In this document: in pieces, positions 13,393 through 28,477 of the stretch
Numbering within the stretch: position 1 is the first letter of the stretch
Layout: every line of letters starts with the position of its first letter
Assembly (NCBI GenBank): GCA_964016885.1
Contig: OZ024743.1
Span: forward strand, 191,456,001 to 191,520,000
Direction of reading: 5' to 3'
DNA length: 64,000 bases
From: Eledone cirrhosa
Taxonomy: Eukaryota
Program-made: the position numbers and the translations under genes
Notes under the pieces: model-generated
What the model was told of the DNA's origin: nothing
Databases searched by the model: none
The model's input: the letters and a program-made list of their open reading frames with translations, nothing else

Positions 13393-13650
13393 TACGAGGG
13401 TAATCCCAAAAGTAAAGTCTCCAAAGCGATGGGGACGCAGAGAAACTGTTTGTGCAGCTGTTGGCAACACTGTTGTGATTGGTGCTTCCTTCACTCCCAA
13501 ACAAGCATGCGCGCGCTTCGCTGGGATGCTCAATCTTGGCTTGGCAGCCGTTGAGAATGGAGCTTCCGTCCGTTGAACGCTACCGCCAATTGCGAATTTC
13601 GCGCAGTTATTATATAGAGGGCAATCCCAAAAGTAAGGTTTCCTTCCGAG
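13393..13650 (+). mobile_element. Mariner-like terminal fragments (two direct copies of a TIR-like end)
   Basis: tacgagggtaatcccaaaagtaaagtctcc at 13393 and tagagggcaatcccaaaagtaaggtttcc at about 13615 resemble mariner ta-cgaggg ends. Confidence 0.5.
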
Positions 13651-14386
13651 GAAAACATGCGTAATCGTATATAAGAGAAAGTTGCAGCATATATGTAGTT
13701 TTATCGAATTTTAAGGGGACAGGGGAAAGTAAATCAGATTGTATTAGAGGGGTAAAGCGTCATGTATTTAGTTTTATCGATTATTTCCGTAATTGTTGGT
13801 GAGTTTGAATGAAATAAATAGTCGTTGACCTTAGTTAGACCATTTGCAACATTCTTAGAGACTTTGAGTCGAATCGGTTTGAAATTGTGCAAATGTATAA
13901 ACATGGAAAATGCACACACACACAACAACAATCTGCCTTTTATAGATAATGATATATATATATATATATATATATACTGCAAGTTTTAAACTTAGATCAT
14001 CCAGTGTCAGTGAGGAGTTCAAGTCACTATGGCATGTCTTGGTTCCTAAAATGCCAGTGGCTGCCAATTCATTACAAAAACTGGGATTTGGTTAAATAAA
14101 GCAATGAGTCCAGAATGTTCTTCCAGGGCCACGAGATTAAAAATACTGATCAAATGAATGAGCTTCAAATGTTATCTTACTAGAGACAAATGAGTTAAAG
14201 CATTAAGAAAACAGCGCAAACGTTTTGTAGACTGCACACATCATTAAAAACAGCCGCTGTTCTTACTTCTTCCTCTAGCTATGCTACAGACATATATCTA
14301 ACCTATAATAAAGTAAGGAGTGCGGGACTGCGTGTGTTTTGTTTCTTTTAATCCAGTTAATAAAATAAGTTGGATTGTTTTGAATA

Positions 14387-14456
14387 AATAATTGTTTCTA
14401 CTTTAGGCACAAGGCCAGCAATTAACCAGTACATTACTGGTACTTTATTTTATCGA
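14387..14456 (-). mobile_element. SINE 3' fragment (main family)
   Basis: aataattgtttctactttaggcacaaggccagcaatt...ttttatcga. Confidence 0.85.
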
Positions 14457-17400
14457 ATGAATGAATATTACATAATTTATCTACTAAATTTCGTAGCTGT
14501 TGATTAAATATATTTTATTGTTTATTTAAAGATTCACTTCTTTAAAATGTTCAAATGTCAACACTTCCTGTTAGCGATCGCTTAAATAAACATTCATATA
14601 TTTCCGTCACTATTTTTTTCCTAATGCAGTTTATATATAATATCGTCTTTTTTTAATGTATCATGGATTACGTTACTGATTACATAAGAGAGTGTAACGC
14701 AGTCTTCGTTCAATTTCTGTGTATATTGTCAATTATGATTTTATTTGATGTATCGTATATACATGCATATTTTATTTTGTTTGATGATTCATATATACAT
14801 GCATATTTTATTTTATTAAATAATGTTACAAATGGGAGTGAAAATATGAACACATATGATATATAGAAAGCATATAAATAAATCTACAGTAGAATAACAT
14901 AACAAATATGTTTTAAATATATAACATAAATAACATTACAAATGCTTAGATAACATTATAAATTGCTCACGATTCTGTCAGAAGGATATATTCCTTTAAT
15001 GTTGCAATATTAAAGAAAATGTAAAGGAAGGGGTGAATAACCGAACCACCACCAGAGCAAAAGACAGCAGCGAGGAGTACTGGGCAACCTCTCTAATGAT
15101 TTTTAAGGCAAGCCAGCACACTTGCAGTGTTACCTCGGGTGATGGCGAGGCTAATATCATTATACACACTACACATGCTAGCAGAAAACCACCCGAAAGG
15201 TGATTGTTCTGCTAGTATAAACAAACAAATTTTATTATTCAACTAATCTTGTTTTAAAACTTCAATCGAAAATAAAACAAATATGAATAAATAATTTTAA
15301 ATATATATTTTTGGGAAAAGGTGGAAAGAAAGATAGGAGTGTGGGGGGAGTGATGAAGATAGCAGATGTATAAATAATTCTTACTTGAATGCTGTGCAAT
15401 TAAACATGCTACGATTCATGCCTCTGCTTATTTCTTAGGTCGGAAATGTAATCACACGATACATATTGAGGTTTTACCCTTTACATTAAAGTTCAATAAC
15501 AGGTACAGCTAGATTGTTGCTTCTCAACAATGATGCACATTTCTATGCAGTGAAAATGTGTTTCAGTACGTCATTCAATACATCACTAGCTGTTTTAAAT
15601 ACTAGAATTTTTGTTCAACACGCTGACGCGTATGTGTATATATAAGAGCCTATGGGTATGTACATATGCATACATTTATATGTGTGAGTATATAGATATA
15701 AACGCGCAAACAAGTCTTTGTGTATTTGTGTAACTTACAAAAATACACAAAGACACACATATATTCACACAAACCCTTACATGCATATATTTCCACAAAC
15801 ACACACACATACACTCACACACAGCGTAGCTAATGGAACGCCAGTCACTGTTTTGCTATAGTTTTCTTTTACCAACCCCTTCCTTTCTTTTACGTACATG
15901 CATTCACACATTGTGTGACGGACGGAAGTCGATCAAATTTATATATAAATTGTTACCACAATACTGGTTTGTATTTATTTTTCTTGATTTATTCTTAAAT
16001 TGAGTCTAGCAAACCCTATTGTCTGTAGTTAGTATTCTTTTCACCTTAGCGATTCTGGTCCATTTCGATTTGAACACATATATGTATATGTCTGTGTTTG
16101 TTTTTCTTTTTTGTTCAGTTATACTATACGGCTCGGAAAAACCTCTTTCCTAGAGCTAATTTACTGTAATGAGACTATTTTGAGTTTCTAACTCAATACA
16201 TGCCTTTGATATATATTTATATATAGATTTAAATTCATACCATTAACTCACTTGAATTATTTCTCTTAGCTCACGATTTTCTAATGACAAGTCATATATT
16301 TCTATCAATCAATCAACTATATTCACTCATATAACTAAATTTGCGCCTGCGTTACATACCTTTGTTTAACATAGTTCACCTTTGTTGAATAATGAAGAAA
16401 CATTTACCTGTCTGTTCGACCTGCCAGCTATAGCAGCCATATTCTCTCAAATCACACCGCATAGTCTTGGAAAAGGCAAGGACATGTTGAATTGGGTAGT
16501 CTTAAGTTACAAATAAAATTACAATTAAGTGGGTTCAGCAAAATACAGAGATTCTTGTCCAATTCACAATGCTGCAACAGCAGCATTGTGAATTGACTGG
16601 CCAACAAAGGTGAGAATATTATCAATCTCTCACTTTCAAATGTAAAAGCGCATTCTTTTATAAGGTTATATATACACTGTGTTCGAAAAGAAAAAGACGG
16701 GATGGTCTAGGCTTGAATGTGTTTAATCATAGGGTTTGTTCAATCAATGCTGTCATAATACTAATTGACTATCATAAAAACAAACCTTATTAAAAAAACT
16801 GTTATTGGTTGGCAAATATATATCAGAGATGGACACAGATAAAAACGTATTCTTTTCCAGTAGGATGCGTACGAAATTCAGCCGTTAACTGGCGGATGTC
16901 TAATAGACAAAAACACCAGTAATTCACAAACGTTGTCTATATGAACTCGTAACCATCTTCTCTATGTATGTGAGTTTTCTTTTATGGACACTTTGTATGA
17001 TTGTAAGTATGTGCTCATGTATCACCGTGTGTATATGTTTTTAAAGACAAGAATCATATATAAAGATCGTTATTTTAAAACGGATTATAACTAGAGATTT
17101 TATTATAGTCTCTAAGTGACATTTCAAGAGACAATTTAAAATTGCCAGTCATACTTGTAAATTTGAAGAGGCAAGTTTACATTATTTTATAGAATTAAAA
17201 TAATCTTGTAAGTATTCCAATCATTATAAATCAAAAATAGATACAAACGTTAAGTGATTTGATTTTCTATTTCATTCGTTAATGTGAATTCAACTCACCG
17301 ACACATTATAAAGTATATAGTAACTACACTGTTTATTTACATTACAGTAATCGAAACAAATGGAGTGTAGATTGGAAACTAAGTTTTCTGGAATTTAATT

Positions 17401-19663
17401 TGTACTTTATGTATTCAGGCTAGCAAGCACACACATATATATGTGTGTCTGTCTGTTTGCGTGTGTGTGTCTCTGTGTCTGTGTGCGTGCGTGTATATAT
17501 GTGTGTGTTGATGTATGTGTGTCGAACATTTATTCTCAAGTGTACACTACTGTCTGGTCACACGAAACATCCATAAGGTGTTTACGTCTGAAAGAGATAA
17601 CAGAATATATTGTCTCCGTCAAAACCGATGAGAATCTAATTAGAGTCGATAGCGTCACCGTTATGTTTAGAGAGTTTGTTGTTTTGTCTCATTGCGTTCG
17701 GTATTTAATTGCACAAATAATTCTACAGTGCAACTAAATAAAATTAAAAGATCGCATTTATCAATTAATATGTGTTGCCCGTCTATGATTTTTATTTAGA
17801 ATGTTGTATAAGGACATGAATGTATTTGTGTGTATGGTTGCACTTGTATGTACTCTCCTAACGATTCTTAAGTAAGATAGGCACGATGTCTAGATAAAAG
17901 ACCAATATATTTTACTGAAATTTAGATCTCATCTGTATGTGTGTAGTGCTTCAGAAAGCATTGCTATTTTAACTGTCTTGCTTACCAACTGAGATTAAAG
18001 AACACGCAGTAGAATTTGTTGTATTTACCATCGATGCCAGCCTTTTATATTTACTACATACACTTCTGGTAAATTAACCAAAAATGTTATTTATTATTTA
18101 TAGTTATGAATGAGAATTAACTAGCCAACGAAATTATCTTCATGTGGTTGTCAAGTAGTACCTTACTGTTGTAAATAGGGCACGCTTGCAAATTCAATTC
18201 GAGGTACACTATTCTTGGAACAGAAACAAAATGGATGGTGATACATTCAATTCATTGGGATCAACAGCCGTGAGAACGGACAAAATATCAATAGAAGTTG
18301 TAGATAGGAAAACCACTTTTCAATGATATTTCTTTCATTGATTGTGATGAAATATTCACACATTTTATATATTGCGATTACTTTATATTTTCGTCACAAT
18401 TTTCATTGTTGCTGTTATGTTTTTACCTGACGACAGATATAATTAAGTAAACAAATGATCAAATCATATTTGAGAGATTAGTGTATACAAGTCTATATTG
18501 TCTAACGTATCATTTCTTTTTTCAATACGACAGTAAGATAGACTACTGTTCGAAAGAAATTTCTTTGCTGTGTCTAGCAGGTTTAGCGAACACGCAGAAT
18601 CCTCTCTGTTGTCTAGTTTGGTTTCTTGTTTATATTTAGTAGAATTTTTATTAGAACATTCCATTAATATTTATTTCTTATTTAATTCTATATCACTAAT
18701 ATTATTTACTCTTTCATCAAAGCAGTTCAGATGATGTTCTGTTGCAACCAAGGGCGACTATTGTTCTAGAATGTCGCTATCATATCGCTACTAGGTAACA
18801 GAGTTTTGTTTTCATCTATCTATCATTAACACATATAATCTTAACTTTGTTTTTGTTATAACTAATTCAATCTAATTCCATTTTGTTATGTCTGAGATTG
18901 AAATTCTTCACACATTCAACATTTGACACTTAGTATGCTATCAACAACACAATCAAGTTACTGTTGGATTTTGATATATTTTGCTGATGTTGTTGTCGTC
19001 TACCCTCGGGTCAGCGATTATCCACAAGATCTATGATAAAAGAAGTTACAATCATGACCATCCTATCTTATTCCTATGCATAGTGTATGTAGGATATTAT
19101 CCGATATGCCCCTCATTTTTATGATTGAAAAATGCGATTTGATGGTGATTTAGCTGTTATATTAGCAGCCTAAACAGGCCATGTAAAGACTCTCACGTTG
19201 TCTCAAGATAAAGTTGTAATCCTGCAAGGTACATATAAGAATGGTTCAAAGGTGTATCACCTTGTTCAGACGCATTTTATGTATCTGTGTAGTAAGGCTG
19301 CTCGATAAACTGTTTCCATAATACTATTACTTCCAACAATATGCCGAAACAATAAATAAGTGCTGGGTGAAATGATCCCGTTACCATTTACTAAAGTGTT
19401 GTGATGAGAATACCTTGATGCAATAATGTTAATAGTAACTACATGGTCTGATCGTATGTGTATAATGGGCCACTGACTATAGAGTTAATGTGATTCTACC
19501 AATATGATCGGTATATAAACTGAGAATTACTCGGACTCAATTATTGAAAATCCAGGCAGATGCACATGAAAGCTTGATATGGCGGAATTATATACGAAAC
19601 AGAGAGTAAGTAATAGTGAGAGAAAACGAAGTAATTCCGCTTGCGAATGAGGTGCGCTGTATT

Positions 19664-19830
19664 CATAATGGCTTCTAATTTAGGCACAAGGCTAATACTT
19701 TTGTGGGAGGAGAAAATCGATTAAATTGACATCAGTGCGTTACTGGTATTTTATTTTATCAACCCCATAAGGATGAATGGCAAATCAAGCCTCAGCGGGA
19801 TTTGAACACAGAACTTAAATAACCTTAACT
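19664..19830 (-). mobile_element. SINE (main family), 5'-truncated
   Basis: Core ttttatcaaccccataaggatgaatggcaaa and B-box complement gatttgaac. Confidence 0.8.
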
Positions 19831-21819
19831 ACAGGGTGATTTATAAGTGGCCGGGAAGTATCATTTGAAATGTAAATGTTGCACTACCAGGTTACGTATA
19901 ATTCAGCCGGGATATACTAAACGGGTTCAGGAAAAATTTTAAGTCAGAAAATATGGAAATGTATCTAAATACCATAATTAAATTTTTCCGCTGTTTTACC
20001 TTTAAAACCACTCACTACCATTATTTCCAGCCTCCAACGTTTGGAGTACGGGAGACAATTCTGTGTTGGCTCACTTGACAATTTTAATTAAGTCAGTAAG
20101 GAGTGTCCATCTCTGATATATATTTACTGACCAATGACAGCTTTGTAAATACATCTTGTAGTTATTTTTGTAGTTATTTAGTGTCATTACAGCACCGATT
20201 AATTAGACCCTATGGTTAAATTCATCCCTGCATTCTTCATGCATACCCTTTTTGCCATTACAGACGCTGGGTGATCGCTCAGAAACGTCTCACAGTAAGA
20301 CGTTACAAATCCTAAGACAGGGTGAGAAGGAGAGAGAGAAAGACAGAGAGAATTAAACATTTGACTTCGGTGTGATTTGAATTAAACATTTGACTTTGCT
20401 GAGAGTCGGAACAGATACCTCAAAGGCATTCTACCTAACACCCCTGAAAATTCACCGTCATCCAAAAAAGCATCAGAATTAACTTCATAAAACACTTCAC
20501 TATTCATTTAATTCCTGACGATATTTTTATATCTATAATATTATTATGTTTGTAAGAATGTGGATTCGCTTGTTACGCTTTTAAAAACCTTAACGATAGG
20601 ATGAAATCAAAGCCATGTTCAAAATCATAGCATAATGAAACATGTGTTATGTTTAAAACAAGCTTAACTAGGAGAGGAAATCGAAGATATAATCGAAATT
20701 TTTAACATAATAGAAGAATAATGTGAAGATCTACAAATTTTAGGTATCAAAATAGAAATAAGAACATATACAAGACCAGCTAGTTATTATGAATGAATCA
20801 GTTTCTAAGTATTTCGAACTGAATTAAGCACCGCTGTGAGACAGTGAAACAAGCTCATTTTTTCATCCCGATCTCAAACTGGTGATTATTACGACTAATA
20901 TCACTTAAATAGTTTTTCTTTTGTCGCTACTGTTGGTTCAGTACGTTCGCTTTTACGATGAATTTGTTGCTATCGTTATTGCGACTTTTGTTTTATTATA
21001 TAATGATAATACAGCTTTATTTTCTGTTATCAACATTTAAACCAGACGTACAAAAGAGTATCATTATCGTGACAGGCCCAAAGAAATATCAATAAAGAAA
21101 TGAAATCACGTGTTGTAGCGTGATCAGTATCTAACATATGGTCTTTTCCAAAGACACTTATCACTTTGCTTTTGTGCATTCAGTCAACTTTACCGATTCT
21201 ACTTAAAGGAATATCTGTTTTTCTAACCTGCTTGCCAACCAGAACATTAAATATTCGGGACGATACGGCGAGATGATAAGGTCTTGACGAAGTTGGCAAG
21301 CATTGTTTCTTAGCAACTCTTTCAAAATGTCTGATAAGTGGGGAAAATGAAGTTTTTATCAGGAAATGGAAATGCATCAAAGCGGAGAGAAGAAAAATGA
21401 ATTTTTAATATATTCATCTCGGTTCTTCTTAAGAAATTCAATACGGTTTCTTACAAAGCGGAAAATTACGATAGATCAATAAATACTGGTGGCTGGAAGC
21501 AAGCAACAGGTGTGGCTCTTCAGAGAAATGGTATTTTTCTCGGTGCAGATAACGAGATTCACGAAGTTTTGAGTAGATCTTGATAAATTCATTCGTTGGA
21601 TCTTGGCGGCGGTGCCATTAAAAACTATAGTTACATGAAAGACATTCCCAAGTCTGGTTGTGATATCGTTTTATTGTTTATTATAAATCGATATATTTTC
21701 TTTTTTTCATTTTTTTTTTCTTTTTTCATTTTTATATTAGCCTCATGGCTTGGTTGTATACAATTGTAGTATCATTTGTAACAGTCCTTCTTATTCAACC
21801 TCTTATAAAACTCTGATTC

Positions 21820-22013
21820 CCCCTTCTCTCTATCTCTCTCTTTCAATGTATATCTCTCCCTCTCTCTATAAATACACACACATCCGCACACATATATATG
21901 TGTGTATATTTATATATATATATAGAGAGAGAGAGAGAGAAAGGGAGATAAATATATATATGATATATCTATATATGTTTGTGCGTGTATTTATATATAT
22001 ATATATATACACA

Positions 22014-22102
<89 letters not shown>

Positions 22103-22368
22103 CTAGCGTTCTGTTGTACTATTTATTTACTATCTAAAATATCTTTCAACTTATTTATTGATCGATTTATTGATTGGCCGATCAAGATAATTATACGAAG
22201 ATTAAACTTTACGTTGCTTTATATCTTTACTGCATTCTTTCTACATTTTATATTTGCATTTGTTCCGCTGGTTCTGAATGAATGTAAATATACTGTCTCG
22301 TCAATAGACATATATGGAGCAACAAAAGAATGCATCGCAAATAATCACACACGCACACACTCAGATGG

Positions 22369-22430
<62 letters not shown>

Positions 22431-22453
22431 ATAATACTGAATTTGAAAACTAT

Positions 22454-22520
<67 letters not shown>

Positions 22521-22555
22521 CACACATATATATATATACACACACACATACATAC
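21820..22555. repeat. Cluster of CT/GA/CA/TA microsatellites
   Basis: Direct reading. Confidence 0.9.
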
Positions 22556-24124
22556 ACTCCAACAGCATTCTAATCAAAGATTGTATGCATTTTTGAGAGA
22601 CACACTTTATATATAAAGTAAATGGCTATACATATGCAAATATAAACTAAATACAAAATATACCAGTTCGACAGGAAAAAGACTACATCCGATATTAGTT
22701 GCCAAGACATGCTAATGGTTACACCATCTAACCACCCCTACCTTGGTTTCCACTTTATAGTTGTATATTATATTATACTGTTCTATTTATTGAGAAGTTT
22801 ACTTAGCAGCTGTTGAAATATTTATTGCAAGAAATACATTTCCCCGTTGATCACGTGCCAGCCTGCCAAATGACGGTGAACGGTTCAAATTATATCGTTG
22901 GTGTTGCGTCGTATCTATAGTGAAGCCACTTAACTCCTATTGACCAAGCCCGTCGTTATTATTCTTGTCAGTGGTGATATTGTTGTTGTAATAGTTTAGC
23001 CCCGTGTCAACTCTGGTTGAGGAGATATGTGATCAAAATCATTTCAGCCAAGTCCATCGGTCTTTCCTTTTCAGACGTAGAGCATTTAGAAATATATTAT
23101 ACAATATGATCATGATTTAATTTTAATTAAGATTGCGAGATGTGGTTAGCGGACAGACAATTGGTTGTTTTTTTGTTTTTGTTTTGTTTTTTATTTGGGG
23201 TGGGGGTGGGGGGGGGGTTAGGTTGAGCATTGACGTAGACGTAAACTGGTCGTAAACTGAGTACTATGTGAGTAATGTACATAGCTATATCTGGGCGTTG
23301 CATTCAATTTCTTCCACGAGTGTATTGCGAGAGACTAAGAAAGAATACAAACTATTTTCGCATCTCTTGAACACTTAACATTTTGAAAATAGGTTATAAT
23401 CATGAAACACATTCTAGGTTATTGTTATTTCAGAAGGATTTATTATTTCCTTGTTGTTGATAGAAGCAACTATACCAAATCCTAGTATACAGGATAAATT
23501 TACCTCTATAAATTACAAACTTCCCAGCCCTGAAACATTGTAGTGTATTAGCATTGTAGGTGTATTTCCATGCCTCAATTTCCAATGCATGCTCCCACCT
23601 ATATTTAAAACAAATTTTGATGCACGTTTCCTAGATAATATTTTTTTAATAACCTAATGATGTGCCTAAGCTTAGAAAATAACATGAAAATCCATTGCCT
23701 AAAGGCAGTCAAGATTATAGAGCGGTATATAGTATTGTCCTCCTATATTCAGCATTTTAGATTAACCATGATCGACATTACCATTTAACCTTTCAATACG
23801 AAAAATTATGTCTCAGAAATGTGCTGCCATTCATTTAAATTTGCAGGCATTTCCTAAGGACCAGGTATTGTTGTTAAATTTGAGAACAGATTCAGACTAA
23901 CACTCACAAATGTTGAACACAAAGAAGCATCCCTGGGTGACACTTTAACAATTCCGCACATCTATCAATCTGGATTTGGATTTTAACTTACTGGGCTTAA
24001 AAGGAAGGACAGAGTTGACCTCGGTGGTATTTGAATTGAGAGCGTAGTGATCCAGAGCAAATGCCACATGTTTTTCCCATGCTCTTAAGGTATAGCCAAT
24101 CCACTGTCATTCAGCAACAATAGA

Positions 24125-24218
24125 AAGAAGAAGAAGAAGAAGAAGAAGAAGAAGAAGAAGAAGAAGAAGAAGAAGAAGAAGAAGAAGAAGAAGAAGAAGA
24201 AGAAGAAGAAGAAGAAGA
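24125..24218. repeat. (AAG)n microsatellite
   Basis: Perfect array. Confidence 0.98.
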
Positions 24219-24617
24219 CGTCAATGACATCAACAAAAATCCATTATAAGGATGAGCTGAGAAGAAATGATACGATGACTAGAAAAGATGGTGATGGACG
24301 AATGGGTGTTATCGATTACATTGGAATGCATGCTTCCATTTACCGATATCACTTCAGCCATATGATCAATCATCACAACAGTGATAACACAGAAGAAACT
24401 TACGTAAACATACACCGGAAATAAGTAAGAGTATGGTAGTGGATGGAAAAAGTGGTAAGCACATACAAACAGACACACATACGTATCCAAATACATTTTT
24501 GCCATATACGATCAACTCAGATACATTCACACTGAAGTACGCTGACGGATAGCCATACATACCACATTTGCTTGTGTATGGCCGCACACACACACATATA
24601 CAAACACACACACAATT

Positions 24618-24649
<32 letters not shown>

Positions 24650-24688
24650 CATACATACATACATACATACATACATACATACATACAT

Positions 24689-25291
24689 GGAGGCTGCCAA
24701 CTCGTTTTCGAGTGCGGCCACTACTTTATATCCATGTAGGAGAACCCCTACCGATGCGCTGAACGAGTGTGACTTTTTAGTCCAGCCAGCGACTTGAAAA
24801 CTCTGGTACAAACACTACACTTGTGACAATTATTGACACATAGAGCTGGGCCCATGGTACCATGTGACGACAAGTGCAGAGAGATCTCCAGATACAAAGC
24901 AATGTCTGTGCCGTGAAGCTTTTATAGTGAGCAAAGGCACTGCACAAAGCCAGTCCCACTCTCTTAACCAAGATGATATTTACCAAAAAGAAGAACAAGT
25001 CAACATCATTGGATACCATCAGGGTTGCAGGTCTTATATCAGAGTTTTCATTCTCCTAGAATTTTGACAAAGGCTAAGGGGTCATCTCTCCCGGTGATTT
25101 TGGATGGCCATTGACTCTTACGAGCTCCTTTGCCCTTTGACAGGTTTTGTTTTTAGTCCTGCAGGATGTTCAAAGTCACCCTCCTCACCAAGAAACCTTG
25201 GTGGGGTTGCCAGTTTAGTCGCCAACGACCCGACCATGAGACAGGTTGTACTGAGATACTTGTTACCAGTAGCACCAACTGGTGACCTGAC
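24689..25291 (-). mobile_element. Full-length non-autonomous bipartite RTE-derived element (type B, about 600 bp) with (ATGT)n tail
   Basis: Four copies in the window. Contains the RTE 5'UTR-like motif ctaggagaa(g)gaaaactctga, a remnant encoding CSVCTRVFKSLAGLKSHTRSAHR*, and a 3' hairpin actcg-aaaa-cgagt. Confidence 0.85.
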
Positions 25292-25317
25292 ATACATACA
25301 TACATACATACATACAT

Positions 25318-25635
25318 GGTGGCTGCCAACTCGTTTTCGAGTACGGCCACTACTTTATATCCATGTAGGAGAACCCCTACTGATGCGCTGAACGAGTGTG
25401 ACTTTTTAGTCCAGCCAGCGACTTGAAAGCTCTGGTACAAACACTACACTTGTGACAATTATTGACACATAGTGCTGGGCCCATGGTACCATGTGACGAC
25501 AAATGCAGAGAGATCTCCAGATATAAAGCAATGCCTGTGCCGTGAAGCTTTTATAGTGAGCAAAGGCACTGCACAAAGCCAGTCCCACTCTCTTAACCAA
25601 GATGATATTTACCAAAAAGAAGAACAAGTCAACAT
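25318..25635 (-). mobile_element. 5'-truncated type B RTE-derived element
   Basis: Near-identical to 24689-25005. (CATA)n on both sides. Confidence 0.88.
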
Positions 25636-25717
25636 ACATACATACATACATACATACATACATACATACATACATACATACATACATACATAAATACATA
25701 CATACATACATACATAC

Positions 25718-27820
25718 TTGGGGTGTGCTGAACAACTCCTAATCAACAAAACTGTGATGTCGGAAGTTTCGAAAACTTAGGAGGAATATGGCTACAGTCT
25801 GGCTGGACTACAGGAAAGCTTTCGATTCTTTTCCCCACTCTTGCATGATAGAGGCCCTCTGACTTACTAAACTCCCATACATTATTATCAGAGCCATAGA
25901 GAAGCTGTCTTCTTCTTGGGCTACTATCCTAAAGTTAAAGATAGAGAAGGAAGACTATTTTCACTGATAAAATAGAATATCACAGGGGTATATTTCAAGG
26001 AGATAGTCTCTCTGTGATATTATTTATCCTGTCATTAAAACCCCTTGTCCTTTCTGCTCAAGAAATGTGAAGGATACATCATTGGATCACAGGAGGACAA
26101 AAATACGAACCTAACCCATAATTTCTTTGTGGATGATCTGAAACTATATGCCAAGAACATAGATGGGATGAAGAAAAATCTTGACCTGGTTACAACATTC
26201 TCAAAGGATATATGAATGGAGTTTGGCCAAGATAAGTGTTCATATATGACTGTAAAGCGGGGACAAACTACAAACTAATCTGGCAACATTGTCATCAATG
26301 GCCTAACTGTTTCATCTGATAAGAACTTCTACAGACAACTGGGGATAGATGAGAACATATCATATAATGCTATCTGTAATAAGGAACGCGTAACCAGGGA
26401 ATACTACACCCGATTAAGAAAGATCTGGTCATCGGAACTCTCTGCGCACAATAAAACAGTAGGTCACAATGTGTTTGCTGTGCCTGTCCTAACACCAACG
26501 TTTGTAATACTCAATTGGATGATAGACGAAGTTCGAGCAATTGATGTTAGAACTCGAAAAATACTAAACAAGACCGGAAACTTACACATCTATAGAGACA
26601 TAGACCGCCTTTACTTGAAACGTAAACAGGAGGCAGAGGCCTAACATCAGTCCAGACAGCATTTGAATGTCGCATCATATCACTCCGACAACATCTACGA
26701 ACCTCGAAGCGTAGGAGCCCGTCTCTCGAGCAAGTCTATCTGCATGAAACAAATAAGATCATGAGAGTTGGGAAGGAACTCCTTGAGAGATATTCCCTGT
26801 GCGATAATCAAAAACTCACACCCAGGAATGTCGCTCAGCAGTATCGCAGTGAATCCATGGATGAAAAACTGCATGCCTATCAGCAAAAAATCATGCATGC
26901 ATATGTTGCCAGGAAGCTCCAGAGTGAGAGTAATATAGATAAAGAAAGTAGTCTATCTTGGACCAACAACCGCTATATTGGCTCCCACTTTGAAGGATAC
27001 GCTTTTGCAATCCAAGAACAGGAAATAAACACGAAATACCTGATTCACAAAAGCGATAGGTATGCAGGCAAAACACCTAGATGTGACAACAAGTGCAGAC
27101 TCTGCAGAGTTAACATCGAAGATATCACCCATGTCATAAGCAGCTGTCCAAAGATGTCATCGCGGTACTATCTACCTATGAGGCATGATGTAGTGGCCAA
27201 AACACTGTACAATGCAATCCGTAGAAAAGATAGCCTCGATAATAAACACATTAAAACCTACAGCAATGTAGAAGAGATACATATACATAATATGACCAGA
27301 TATAATGATATGGGACAGGGAAAAAAAGACATGCACAGTAGTCGAAGTTAGCTGCCCAGCAGATTCCAATATAATATCAAAGATTAGCGGAAAGGAGAAT
27401 ATTTATGCAGAACTAATGAGAAATCTGCAGATACTCCACTCTGACTATACCTTCAGATTTATGCCTGTGATTATTGGGGTACTGGGATATGTTAGTAACT
27501 GCCTCAATACAAATCTTGAGAATCTGGGCTTCACAGAAACAGAAAGAACACGACTAGTTAGGAAATTGCAAGTACAATCCAAGTGGAACAGTAAAAATAT
27601 GTAAAACATTCCATACAAAGCGTATGCACATGCACACATATAACTCAAAACATCCACATCCACACATACAATAACATCCATAGCTACGTATGCAAGCAGA
27701 CATGCATACATATCTACCTAGTTGATGTGTAAATTCCAATGAGAGTGTCTTGTAACTATGTTAGAAACCGGCTCTCTCTCTCTATTGGCAAACATTTGTG
27801 AAATTATAAAACCAGAAGAA
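25718..27820 (+). mobile_element. 5'-truncated, frameshifted R4/Dong LINE (subfamily alpha)
   Basis: RT motifs (WLDYRKAFDS, GIFQGDSLS, FVDDLKLY), CRLCRVNIEDITHVISSC, RLE remnant, and a 3' UTR ending aaaccagaagaa(cata)n. Confidence 0.92.
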
Positions 27821-27890
27821 CATACATACATACATACATACATACATACATACATACATACATACATACATACATACATACATACATACA

Positions 27891-28025
27891 TTGAAAACGT
27901 GTTCTGTTTTGGAGACCAGCTGCCCACTTGATGTAAATTCCAATGAGAGTGTCGTGTAACTATGTTAGATACCGGCTCTCTCTCTCTATTGGCAAACATT
28001 TCTAAAATTATAAAACTAGAAGAAC
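27891..28025 (+). repeat. Chimeric Dong-beta/Dong-alpha unit from local tandem duplication
   Basis: The first about 45 bp equal the start of the 28088 beta copy and the rest equals the alpha 3' UTR. Joined at ttgatgtaaa. Confidence 0.8.
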
Positions 28026-28087
28026 ATACATACATACATACATACATACATACATACATACATACATACATACATACATACATACAT

Positions 28088-28477
28088 TGAAAACGTGTTC
28101 TGTTGTGGAGATCAGCTGCCCACTTGATGTAAACGTTGTCAGAAAAATACAGGAGAAGGAGGACATCTACGGACTATTGATGAGGAGTTTACAAATCCAG
28201 TATCCAAGATACACCTTTAGCTTCATACCCATCATTATTGGAGCTACAGGTTATATACCAACCCGCTTGGACCAAAGTATGACTGAACTTGGATTTGCGG
28301 ACAAAAAGCGCAGCTCCCTAATTCATAGTCTACAAATGGCTGCGATAGCTGGCACCTTCAAAATTTGCAAAACATTCTTGCGATTCAAGGGATGACAATT
28401 TCTTTTCTTTTACAACCTTGCCACCAGGAAGGTGGCCGGTCAAAAAAAATATACTCGAAATTAAGAGAAAGAGATAA
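28088..28477 (+). mobile_element. Heavily 5'-truncated Dong LINE (subfamily beta)
   Basis: Near-identical to 2012-2400. (CATA)n on both sides. Confidence 0.92.

Noticed and set aside
13740-13950. Helitron-like non-autonomous element
   Set aside because: Only a suggestive 5' start. No 3' hairpin-CTRR end or second copy found.
25205-25291. HDV-like ribozyme at the type B 5' end
   Set aside because: Could not assemble P1/P3/L3/P1.1 by eye. Kept only as an unassigned structured head.
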